Source: Octopus sinensis (Eukaryota). Taken from it: a stretch of 64,000 nt of DNA. Shown one piece after another: positions 52,507 through 64,000 of this stretch. The stretch lies in contig NC_043020.1 in assembly GCF_006345805.1 (NCBI RefSeq), positions 23,684,001-23,748,000 on the forward strand, in the 5' to 3' direction. Every line of letters begins with the position of its first letter. Within the stretch, counting starts at the first letter, position 1. Under the pieces are notes generated by a model, which saw only the letters and a program-made list of their open reading frames with translations, had not been told where the DNA came from and ran no database searches. The position numbers were made by a program, and so were the translations under genes.

Positions 52507-52929
52507 GGATCTTTTCAGTTTGAACGGCAGTTTTTTCTAGCAGTGTCGTATGAAATTGTCACCCATAATTATGACCCTTGTATCGATCCATTGCATTTCA
52601 ATGTTTTAGGCTTAGGGTTAGTTAGGGTTAGGGGTGGGGGAAGGGTACCTTTTTCCCTTCAGAAATGTAAATAAACCCAATCTGTTTCTTAAACGAGGGA
52701 CATATTCATACGGCACAGATTGTTTTCGCCTCAATAGACGTCATTGATTGGTTGAAATTGCAGAAATTGAAGAAAAAAACCCAAATATCTTACAAACTAT
52801 AGAATGTTGTCAATAAAGCCAAGAGAAAAAGATGTTTTATAAACACATTCTACCAGTATACGAAGTTTAAAATTTTTTAGTTACGTGGAAATTATTTTAA
52901 AAAAACTGCCGGTGAAACTGAAAAGATCC
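52507..52929. mobile_element. Second copy of the TTAGGG-containing Merlin-like MITE
   Basis: Same TIRs and interior; TSD aaatactg at 52499-52506 and 52930-52937. Confidence 0.9.
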
Positions 52930-53256
52930 AAATACTGTTAGGCAGTGACATAGCAAACAGAGCCAAAGATACTCTCGTCTGAAAGAAACTAATATTATCT
53001 CTGATAGTTTCTATTATATTAATGTAATGATATGGTTGTGTTAGAACTGGTGTGAAGTATGATATCTGTATCATTAGTTTAATGATGTGGCTGGTGTAAA
53101 AAAGCGCTGTGGTGTATAATTTAGTTATATTACATTATTTAATGGAGGTAATTTGGCTTTGAGACGATTTACGAGGTATAAGGAACTTAATAGTAACGTT
53201 GTAATAAATGGTGAGAAGAAAGCTGATGCTCTCTCGCTGGCTTACTTATTCCATAG

Positions 53257-53337
53257 ACTTACATGTAAGAACTACTTATATGAACTCTACTATGATAAAG
53301 ATGTGATTAGCTTGCGTTTAACGAATCTACTCACAAG
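53257..53337 (+). CDS. Candidate internal exon (81 nt, phase 2-2)
   Basis: Pyrimidine-rich ..ttattccatag acceptor, AAG|GTATTC donor, frame LTCKNYLYELYYDKDVISLRLTNLLT. Confidence 0.4.
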
Positions 53338-53701
53338 GTATTCGCCAAATTTAAGATATTGTAAAAGCTACTGTGTGATCACGCAAGGCGGTAGAATTTC
53401 CTATCTACATGGCTATTCCTGCAAAGATTCAATGTATCACGGCCTTTTTAAAATACAATATAACTACCAACCTACCACCTTCATACATACATAAACACAG
53501 TAAAACCCATTTAATTCCAAGATTCAAACAAAAACGATGATGAAATAAGTACCAGTGCATAACTCGTACTTATTTCATCGACCCCGAAAGGATGAAAGGC
53601 AAAGTCGACCGCAGTGGAATTTGAACTCAGAACGTAACGGCAGACGACACACTGCTAAGTATTTCGCCCAGCGTGCTAAAGAGTCTGACAACTCGCCCCC
53701 T

Positions 53702-53760
<59 letters not shown>

Positions 53761-53884
53761 TTTTATTAAAAAAAAATTTTTTTTTTATGTATTAGACATT
53801 CACTAGTACAACATAAAAAAAAAACAATATATATGGCACAGAACTTCCAACCTGTTGTCTCTTGAGGTCCCTGGGTCAAACATA

Positions 53885-53957
<73 letters not shown>

Positions 53958-54514
53958 GATGCCCTGATGCAGTACCAGGCAGTGGCTCTCATGGCTTCTG
54001 ATCTTAACTGATTGGAAGTGTTATCATGTACATTGTTTTGTCTTGATATAAAAGATGGGCTACAGCAAATATTCTGCTCAATACCACAGATTTGCTTGTC
54101 AGTTGTTTGACCGTAACCAGTTGAGCATGTCCCTTAGTGGCCGACGATATGTGCATCTCTGGTCAAGAGCAGAAGTAGTTGGGGAGCATCATAGCCATGT
54201 GTTGTGAGGGATTCTTTGGGGTTTGAATAATTCACCTTTGGAAACATGGGTGGTTTTTTCAACATCCTTAAACAACCCTTATTCAGGGACCGTTTGAGCG
54301 GGATGGGCTACTCAACCTGAAGAAAATTCTAACTGGGCCCCACCTGCAAGGTCATGTGCAGTTTATCTTGATATGAAATCACCATGTCGCGCACATATGG
54401 TTGTGATGCATGTGCCTGGTGTGCCCTTATCAGACGGGTAGTCATGATGGGTATATTGGGCTTCGTATATTTTACCCCAGTGTCACTTTGATGGCATGAA
54501 CTGCTCTCTCACTC
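53958..54514 (+). mobile_element. Retroelement 3' segment inserted in a (TAA)n array (R4/Dong-like targeting); partial inverted copy at 56630-56760
   Basis: (TAA)n directly on both sides; second partial copy in the window; no coding motif recognised. Confidence 0.55.
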
Positions 54515-54554
<40 letters not shown>

Positions 54555-54814
54555 TATTGTAGTATTTAGGGACAGTCATGTTGCCAGTTTAGCCAATAAG
54601 AACCCGAATTCATCTGAACAATCTTGCAAAAGGAACATATAAACGTATATCTATCTATCTATCTTCGTTTTGATCGAAAACCTACGCCACCTTTTTTTTC
54701 TTTGTTTCTTTTTTTTTTTTTTTTTTTGTTTTTTTCATCCCCCAAAAGAAAAGCTCTACCTTGTAACTTGTCCCATCTGTGTACAGCCCTGTGTGGCCAA
54801 TAAAGAAACTTTAT

Positions 54815-54888
<74 letters not shown>

Positions 54889-55544
54889 GTCTATCTATAA
54901 AACATCACAAAGTTTTGGGTGAGAATTCAAGATGTTATATATATTTAACTCTGGTCTACCGACGCAAGGAGGCTGAACGGTAATGTGTACTTCTATCGAG
55001 ATTCTAAGAAAAATTACCAAGGGACATCACTTAACATCACAAGGTGTTACTGTTCGTCCCTCTACCGACTTCTGCCTTAATTATACTTACCTAGTTCAGT
55101 CTATTTCGAAAAGATCTGAAATTGCTATACCATAACTCAAACATGTTATTATATCTAGAAGAGATATTATACCAATTTTATTTTCGCAAAAATATATAAA
55201 TAATGTTATTAGCTTTTGTTCTTGCGACACTTTTACTCATCCTTGCTTTTTTTTCTTCTCTCTCTTTCTCCTGGTCTTTGTATACACACATACAAATATG
55301 CATACAAGCACACACATACACACACACGCATAGAAGCTCACATATGCACACATACACACAAACACTCCCGTGTTAATGATTAGCTATAAGTTTTTATAAA
55401 GAAAAACTATTCAGACCTTGTGATTTTCTCAAAACTAATATTGATAATGGACTAATATATGATAATGGACGGTTATTTAGAACACAGAACAATGTGAACG
55501 CGTAAGAGAGTACATGTGCTTCCATAAAGACTATTATTGAACTA

Positions 55545-55695
55545 AGAGGTGGGAGCTAAAAAGTTCCTGGCTTTGGATAAAAGAAAATACAGGAGGATGA
55601 GTTAATTATGATTTTATTGAACATAGCCGTCCTCTCGGATTCACACACTTATTGCACTGGTCCTTCAGTTTTTCTAAGCCTCTGTAAATGAACTC
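55545..55695. mobile_element. mariner-like terminal fragment
   Basis: gaggtgggagctaaaaagttcctggcttt end followed by a typical subterminal layout; family assigned by recall. Confidence 0.45.
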
Positions 55696-55905
55696 GATGT
55701 AATCGACTTAATCGGTTTGGCTGTCCTTGTTTGTCCCCTCTGTGTTTAGCCCCTTGTGGGTAATAAAGAAATAGGTATTTCGTCTGCCGCTACGTTCTGA
55801 GTTCAAATTCCGCCGAGATCGACTTTGCCTTTCATCCTTTCGGGGTCGATAAATTAAGTACCAGTGAAACACTGGTGTCGTTGCAATCGACGAGTTCCCA
55901 CGCCC
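55695..55905 (+). mobile_element. Family-M SINE fragments
   Basis: gactttgcctttcatcctttcggggtcgataaattaagtacc motif. Confidence 0.8.
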
Positions 55906-57084
55906 CAAATTTCAGGCCTTGTGCCTTTAGTAGAAAGGGATTCGAACTCAGTAGATAAAGTGCTTGTAGAAATACCGCTAAGCATTTGGTCCCATGTGGG
56001 AACGACTTTGCCAATTTGCAGCACTCGTAAATGAGAAACTCAGAAGTAAATACCAATTAAACTACATCACCAAACGTAAATACCAAGAGTAGCATGTAAC
56101 CGAGTTAAAAGTTTCGTGATAAATTTTAGCGGAATAAACTTATGTGGTCAATGATTATTTATAATTAAATCTTCCTAGATATTGATTTGTTTAATCATAA
56201 TGTGTATAGTTCAATATGCAAATCTATAATTATTAATCAACATACAGATTGATCAAATGTAAATTAGATAATTAACTCTATCCGAACTTTGTCGTTGCAT
56301 AATTTATCTTAAGTGTCGATTGCAATATTTCTTCCTTCTTTCAAATCTCGATGTTTGATGGAAATGTGAGAGGGGTGGGGAGGCACCACAGTCGTGACAT
56401 ACGATACATCTAAGATATCTAAACATAGTTGAGGGCCCCGCTCCACTCCCACGTGTTTGATTGCAACCGTTTTCTTCTAGAGAGAAATTAAATCACACTG
56501 TACGACATGATTTTGTCCTTTTGCTTACCCCTAGAAAGTATAAAAAATAAGTTAATTTTCCCTTCAAGTTTTACTTTTGTTACTTTTATTCAAACACAAA
56601 AGAATCCCTCTCAAGAAATGGCTTTGATGCCCCTACACTTCCTGCTCATGATCAGAGATGCACATATTGTCAGCAGCTAAGTGACATGCTCAAGTGATTA
56701 AGGTCAAGCAACTGACAAGAAAATTTGTGGTATTGAGCAGAATATTCGATAGAACGATATTTCTCCTGCAGTCACACAGCAACACAATCTGTCTGAAATG
56801 TAATGGAAAATAAGTCAGTTTCAAAACGTTGATGTCCAGGTCACAAAAGCAAAGTTTGACAAAAGCAAAGTTTGAAGGGAATAGTAGTCACTTCCTTTGA
56901 TTTCTAGATAAAAGCAAATAGGAAGTGAATCTTTATTTGCATGCTGTATATATGTATCTATATTTTATATATTTATATCAAGCAATTTAATTTGTTTATT
57001 TGCACAATCGTCTCTTTCTATAGAAATCTGTACGTAACTCCTCTCTGTCTGTGGCATTCTGTGAAGAATTCTATAATTCTACAG

Positions 57085-57269
57085 AAAAGAAAACCCGAGT
57101 AATCTTGTCAGAACGCGTTGTGTTCTTGAGCAAAACACTTCCTTTCACGTTGCTCCAGTCCACTCAGCTGACGCTTCGATGGACTGGCATCATGTCCAGC
57201 TGCAGAACACATACGCCATTGAAACTGGGCCCATGAGCCTGGCTAGGCTTTAAAAGGGCGTATTTATTA
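57085..57269 (+). mobile_element. Head-less SINE with a family-K tail directly upstream of U6
   Basis: gatggactggcatc core and catgagcctggctaggct tail. Confidence 0.7.
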
Positions 57270-57285
57270 TTTGGCGGTACATATT

Positions 57286-57318
<33 letters not shown>

Positions 57319-57369
57319 GGCCCCTGCGCAATGGATGACACGCAAATTCGTGAAGCGTTCCATATTTTT
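57270..57369 (+). pseudogene. U6: U6 snRNA retrocopy or pseudogene
   Basis: ..tattctaaaattggaacgatACAGAGAagattAGCatggcccctgcgcaatggatgacacgcaaattcgtgaagcgttccatatTTTTT; about 8 5' nt missing, a few substitutions, a 1-nt insertion in the ISL; upstream is a SINE rather than PSE/TATA. Confidence 0.95.
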
Positions 57370-57488
57370 AAACCCTCCTTCCCTTCTTTCCTGAGCGTCA
57401 ATAATACTTTAATTGTTCCACGTCCTGCGTTGCTGTGCTTTTTTCTCTTTTTTTCTCTTTTTTTCTGTGTTTTCTTGTTTGGATTAAC
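57370..57488 (+). mobile_element. PLE pLTR-like 3' segment fused to the U6 3' end
   Basis: aaaccctcc..ttcctgagcgtcaataatac..ttgtt..(T-rich)..ggattaac then (AT)n; resembles the post-hammerhead part of the pLTRs at 22640-22740, 30405-30498 and 51347-51430. Confidence 0.55.
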
Positions 57489-57505
57489 TATATATTATAT
57501 ATATA

Positions 57506-57536
<31 letters not shown>

Positions 57537-57546
57537 CAAACATATA

Positions 57547-57593
<47 letters not shown>

Positions 57594-57908
57594 TATCTGT
57601 ACTGTATGTATATATCATGAATATATGTAGTTAAGTATATATGGCATATGTCATATATAAATAAATATATCTAATTCTCAATACACTAATGAGATGTATA
57701 ATTAATAAGGTCTTTATTAATCCGAAAGTGATATATTGAATTTCGTTGGTGCTAAACGACCAAATTAAAATAATGCTACATAATGCTATAATCTCCAATT
57801 TTGTGGTATTGAGTTCCCTCCACTAATCCGTTATCATTACTAACGCGCGCGTAGGTGTATGTGTGCGTGTGTATATATATATTATATATATACCTATTTA
57901 TAGATATG

Positions 57909-57942
<34 letters not shown>

Positions 57943-57986
57943 ATATGTGTGTGTACATATATATGCATATATATATACATATATAT

Positions 57987-58036
<50 letters not shown>

Positions 58037-58068
58037 GCACACATATATATATACATATATATATATAT

Positions 58069-58108
<40 letters not shown>

Positions 58109-58669
58109 TATATAGTATATATATATGTGGAGAGAGAGAGAGGGGGCGAGAGTGAGAGTGAGAGAGGGGAGAGAGTGAGAGAGAGAGGGGGAGAGAGTGA
58201 GAGAGAAAATAAAGATAGATAGAGAGACAGACAGATAGATAGATAGATACATACATACATTCATACAAACATACATACATACCTACATACATACATACAT
58301 ACATACAAACATACAAACATACATACATACAAACATACAAACATACATACATACAAACATACCAACCTACCTACCTACCTACCTACCTACATACATACAT
58401 ACATACCTACCTACCTACCTACATACATACATACATACCTACCTACCTACCTACCTACATACATACATACATACATACATACATACATACATACATACAT
58501 ACATACATACATACATACATACATACATACATACATACATACATACATACATAAATAAATAAATAAATAATATATGATGTGCATACATACACGCTGGCGT
58601 GGCTGTCTGGTACGACAGTTGTCATGGTTCCAGGTCAAGACTCAAATACCACAGTACCAATTCATTTCT

Positions 58670-59285
58670 TGTCTACTGTAGGCACAAGGCCCGAAATTTC
58701 GGGGGAGGGGCTTAGTCGATTACATCGACCCCAGTACCCAGCTAGTATTTAATTTATTGATCCCCCCACTCCCGAAAGGATGAAACGCAAAGTCGACCTC
58801 GGCAGAATTTGAACTCAGAACGTAAATACAGATGTAATACCTATTTCTTTATTACCCACAAGGGGCTAAACACCGATGGGACAAACAAGGACAGACAAAC
58901 GGATTAAGTCGATTACATCGACCCCAGTGCGTAACTGGTACTTATTTAATCGACCCCGAAAGGATGAAAGGCAAAATCGGCCTCATCGGAATTTGAACTC
59001 AGAACGTAGCGGCAGACGAAATACCTATTTCTTTACTAGCGGCAGACGAAATACCTATTTCTTTACTACCCACAAGGGACTAAACACAGAGACAACAAAC
59101 AAGAACAGACAAAGATATTAAGTCGATTACATCGACCCCAGTGCGTAACTGGTACTTAATTTATCGACCCCAAAAGGATGAAAGGCAAAGTCGACCTCAG
59201 CGGAATTTGAACTCAGAACATAACGGCAGACGAAATGCCACTAAGCATTTTGCCCGGCGAGCTAACATTTCTGCCAGCTCGCCGC
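58670..59285 (-). mobile_element. Cluster of tandem family-M SINE units
   Basis: cgaccccgaaaggatgaaaggcaaagtcgacc..ggaatttgaactcagaacgt repeated three times, head at about 59285. Confidence 0.85.
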
Positions 59286-59762
59286 CTTTCTCTAACGATT
59301 CTGCCAGAAGTGAATTTTGTTATGGATTGCGAATTCAAAATACGGAGACGATTTTGGCCATAAATATCTTTGGCTGTTGATCAGCCATAGACCATGATAG
59401 AATATCATGGCTTCATAACAGACATTTTTTGTTGCATCTCTTTGTTTCCACTTTACCGCTGAAATCGTCTATAGTTTTAATGAACACCGTTAGATTAAAA
59501 AACACTCCCCCAAGTATGACCACTCCCCCAAGTATGATTTTTTTGCGCTATGCCTACCCCCAAAAAGTCCCCCACCACCACCCCTTTAAACCTGCCTAAA
59601 TGTATAAATGCCAATACAATTCTTGTTAACTAGCTTCCTGAAGATTTCTCTTGAATGAAACAGTTCTAGTCCTGTAGAAGCTCCTATATAATAAATTAAT
59701 TTTACTCTGCTATGTATTGAGTACCTTATTTACTGTGGTTAACCCCGAATCAACCCGGGACC

Positions 59763-59808
<46 letters not shown>

Positions 59809-59809
59809 T

Positions 59810-59844
<35 letters not shown>

Positions 59845-59852
59845 ATATATAT

Positions 59853-59910
<58 letters not shown>

Positions 59911-59945
59911 GTATACATCTCTCTCTCTCTCTCTCTATATATATA

Positions 59946-59994
<49 letters not shown>

Positions 59995-60071
59995 ATATAT
60001 ACATACATACATACATACATATATATACGCATATATATATACACATAGATACATGCACATATACGTAAATT

Positions 60072-60132
<61 letters not shown>

Positions 60133-60358
60133 GCACGCATAAATAAATTAAATAGACCCGCGCACAAATCCAAACACACACATATAGACATATACAGACT
60201 ACATAGCAATTTGCAAATTCATTTACGTGTTCATAATATCAAAGCAAAGCTATTCGGATTCTCTTATAATTACGAATGAAATACTACAAGTTTGTTCTAC
60301 GGTAGTCTTTGATGTTACTGTTACCGAGTACAAGATGTTGGTGTATCTCGGGCAGCAT

Positions 60359-60430
60359 CAGTGTTTCTCAACCGGGGCTCCCTTGAATTCTAGGGTTTCA
60401 CAAAAGATTCCTATGGGTTCACCGAGTAAG
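60359..60430. mobile_element. hAT-type MITE left end
   Basis: cagtgtttctcaaccgggg. Confidence 0.5.
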
Positions 60431-60561
60431 AGTGAGATGAGCTAATGCTAATTTCATGATCGTAACATTACTATACATGCACATGTTATCGGTTATTGTA
60501 ATATTGCAATACAAATACAACATCCTATCTAACGTATTATCTTATCAAAAAACTATAACAA

Positions 60562-60628
<67 letters not shown>

Positions 60629-60666
60629 AACACTCTTTTACTTGTTTCAGTCATTTGACTGTGGCT

Positions 60667-60983
60667 TACATCAAGCGCCTGGAGGAGGTAGTGCTGCCCT
60701 TGGTCGAGAGGGTCGCAGGACTCTGCACCACGCGACATCCCAGTCATGACTGTCAGACAATTTCTGAGACCACATCACTCCTAACATCTGGCCAACTAAC
60801 TAACTCCCTAGTCTGCAACCCCCTTGATTATTATGAATGGGGCGCAGTTAAGTGAGAGACCAACAAAATCCCTTGTAACACCAAAGATGAACTAAAGTCA
60901 AAGAATATGGCAGCATTCACCAACTTAAACAAAGAGACTATCCAGAAGAGTTGTAGAAGATTCCGAAGTTGTTTGTAGGCTGT
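60667..60983 (+). pseudogene. Tc1/mariner-superfamily (maT/DD37D-like) transposase C-terminal fragment
   Basis: YIKRLEEVVLP.VERVAG..DSAP..CNPLDYYEWGAV..ETNKIPCNTKDELK...AAFTNLNKETIQKSCRRFRS. Confidence 0.85.
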
Positions 60984-61122
60984 TTCCGTCTACCAAATCC
61001 ACTCACAAGGCTTTGGTCGGCCCGAGGCTATAGTAGAATACACTTGTCCAAGGTGCCACGCAGTGGGACTGAACCCGGAACCATGTGGTTGGTTAGCAAG
61101 CTACTTACCGCACAGCCACTCC
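60983..61122 (-). mobile_element. SINE module A
   Basis: tttccgtctaccaaatcc..cagccactcc. Confidence 0.85.
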
Positions 61123-61526
61123 GCTGATTAATTTCTTTAAAATATTATTTTATATCTAAATATTTCTATCAGTTTCAATATTAAATTCACCTCTCGAAAG
61201 CTCTGAAGTTAAAATCAAAAAATATATTTCTACGGTTTCCCTCAAATGTCTAAGTAGATCATATTTATCTGAATTGAGATGTCTGTTCATGAATGTATAA
61301 TTAGATTTACTCTTTACGCATTTGCGGTGTCTGGAGGCTACAAGTTGACAAAGTGATACCTAGTTTATTGAGTGGTATTCATTCCGGTTCTCCGTTTACT
61401 GGGTTCAAGTTCTGCTGAGGTCAACAGTCTTTTTATTTGTTCGAAATCGATACAGAAAATTCTAGTTAAGGACTGTGGCCTGTTCTCCTTTACTATCTAC
61501 CCCCTCTCTATATCTATCTATCTATG

Positions 61527-61569
<43 letters not shown>

Positions 61570-62059
61570 TTGCTTATTTGTAAAAAAATATAACATGTGA
61601 CTTCATTGACCGAGGTTACCGTGGTCTTTTCCGTAGGCTTTTCTTTCCACGGGTAAACCTCACCTGTCCTCCCCTTTACACTTTATATTGATATTTCTGT
61701 GATAACGATCCCTATTGATCAATTTTTTCCTTTCCCTTTTTTTCCTTCCCTCTTTTTTTTTTTAAAAATTTTATCCCCCACTCTTTTGTCCTCTTTCTTT
61801 CCTTTTACGATCCCCTTTGATCGAAAACCAAACCCCCTTTTTTACCCCCAAAAGAAAAGCTCTACCTTGTAATTTGTCCGGTCTGTGTGCAGCCCTATGT
61901 GGCTAATAAAGAAACATATCTATCTATTTTTCTATCTATCTATCTAACTGTCTTTCTGTCTGTCTCTAAGAATTTGTGGATCTTTTCACTTTGAATTTGC
62001 GCAAACAGAAGAAATTCGTATAAGTGTTCAGACACTATGTGTGTGTGTGTGTGTGTGTA

Positions 62060-62101
<42 letters not shown>

Positions 62102-62229
62102 CTGTGTGTTGTGTAGGCTCCTATGTTTTTGAGTTTCTATTACGTTTTTCTTGTTTTGTTTTGATTTAAATATTCTTCCCTTTGTACGACTCTACACTGA
62201 TTAAGTCCTCTCGACGTTACTGTTTCGAG

Positions 62230-62465
62230 TCCGCAGACTCATAGGGCCGACTGCTCGGCTTCAGTACCGTGCAAGCGACTGAGGTTACAGTATTTCTTCA
62301 CTGAGCTGAACGCTAGTACGTCGTATGGCTATTCATTTACAGCTAGCTGGGTGAACTGGAGCAATGTGAAATGGCGAGTTTTGCTAAAAGACCCGGTTTT
62401 TTTGGAATCGAAACGACGATTTCTCAATCACGAGTACAGCACTCTAACCCGTAGGTCACGTGCTT
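62230..62465 (-). mobile_element. Degraded tRNA-derived SINE
   Basis: Minus head ..ggttagagtgct..ttcgattcc then cattgctccagttcacccagct. Confidence 0.55.
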
Positions 62466-62683
62466 TCACTCGCTGATTGGCGTAGGTAAACGAATTTGTC
62501 AAGAGGCTACGTGAGTCAGTGTCCACATACGCATTGGAAACACAATAGCTATCTATGCATTTCTCTAGAGTTTTACATATATGTACATACAACGTATGCA
62601 TGGTGTTGTTATTGATCCTATGTGTATAAGTATGTATATATATGTGTATATGTATATACATGCAAATGTATACAAACATACAT

Positions 62684-62726
<43 letters not shown>

Positions 62727-62849
62727 ATAAGTTATATGATGTATAAAAACATGCAATATACAAATAAATATCTGTAGATATAAAACCATCTGAATTTCTG
62801 AGTACCTCGTTTCTTCTAATATAAAATACCTGTACATCATCTCCAAATC

Positions 62850-62920
<71 letters not shown>

Positions 62921-63639
62921 AGCACACATGCACGTACATACAATATATATGTATTGTAGAATTTGGCCAATTTTCCAAGCACTTGTTACAGATTCCCTAG
63001 GTGTATGATGAGAACCAGAGCTGAAACCCTGGATCAATAATCCTATAACGAACGTTATTCTATTTTGAGATTTGCTTACACACAATGCAATTCAACCTCG
63101 AAATTCACATAGAAAAAAAATAAGACAGTTATGTGAGTATATGTCTAGATTTTTACATATACAAACTTCCTTCAAGAAGTTTTGAGACTTTTTCAGGAGA
63201 GACATGTATTAATATTTCAAAGAAGTATCAAACTCTAATTCTTCCAAAGTGAGTTCCTCTGACTTCGATGTATTCCACTCACTTATATTTTTTCTTCCAA
63301 AATTTTCGTTTCTTTTGCAACCTTGTCAATGGATGTTGTTCTGTCCCTTACTGGAGCAGCTTTTGTATGTCGGTTGCCTCAGATTTGTTTATACCAACTT
63401 AATACTCCATCTGTCTGATTATATAAGTTACTGTCTCACTAAAAATGATCTCAAGTTAACTTTAAAACATCACATTTATTTATATTTCATAGGTTAAAAT
63501 AAATTTTATTACTTTTCACACTGGTGCTGTCTGCAGATTATTTTTGCTCTAAACTATTCGACATTCTAAATAAAGTGAAGAAAGTATAAAACCGCTCAAA
63601 ATTATTCTTCTGCAAATTCTAATCAGTTATTATAAACAT

Positions 63640-63958
63640 GTGGAGGCGCAATGGCCCAGTGGTTAGAGCAGCGGACTCGCGGTCGGAGGATCGTGGTTTC
63701 GATTCCCAGACCGGGTGTTGTGTGTGTTTATTGAGTGAAAACACCTAAAGCTCCATGAGGCTCCGCCAGGGGGTGGTGGCGACCCCTGTTGTACTCTTTC
63801 GCCCCAACTTCCTCTCACACTTTCTTCTTGCTTCTTGAGTAACACTGCGATGGACTGGAGTCCCGTCCAGCTAGGGAGGAACACATACGCCACATAAACC
63901 GGGAAGCCGGGCACATGAGCCTGGCTAGGCTTGAAAAGGACGCATAAATAAAAATAAA
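63640..63958 (+). mobile_element. Family-K SINE with a 12-bp TSD
   Basis: TSD tattataaacat at 63628-63639 and 63959-63970; A/B boxes; ctgcgatggactgg core. Confidence 0.9.
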
Positions 63959-64000
63959 TATTATAAACATAATTATGTGCGTGTATTCATGAATATCAAA

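Noticed and set aside
57270-57369. Functional U6 gene
   Set aside because: 5' stem truncated and mutated, insertion in the ISL, and upstream sequence is a SINE tail rather than a PSE/TATA promoter

Overview
Eukaryotic, AT-rich, microsatellite-saturated genomic DNA. The SINE repertoire and (AT)n/(CA)n/(TATC)n density point to an octopus (Octopus sp.); this is inferred by pattern recall, not by a database search. No intact protein-coding gene, rRNA, tRNA or CRISPR array is supported, and almost all ORFs in the supplied track are translations of simple repeats. The window is mostly mobile-element debris: at least three Penelope-like element (PLE) families plus solo pLTR-like pieces, a 5'-inverted RTE LINE, R4/Dong-like LINE remnants, several non-autonomous Helitrons (including a head-to-tail pair), hAT and Merlin-like MITEs, mariner/maT fragments and many tRNA-derived SINEs. 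Four weak candidate exons suggest it may be intronic. The main non-obvious layer is RNA-based. About ten type I hammerhead ribozyme (HHR) motifs occur in PLE termini and in a 1.09-kb tandem (retrozyme-like) unit, ranging from canonical to core-variant. A U6 snRNA retrocopy has its terminal T5 fused to what looks like the 3' product of PLE hammerhead self-cleavage, which would be a candidate U6-ribozyme-Penelope ligation chimera. All coordinates and alignments were read by eye; boundaries of degraded repeats are approximate.
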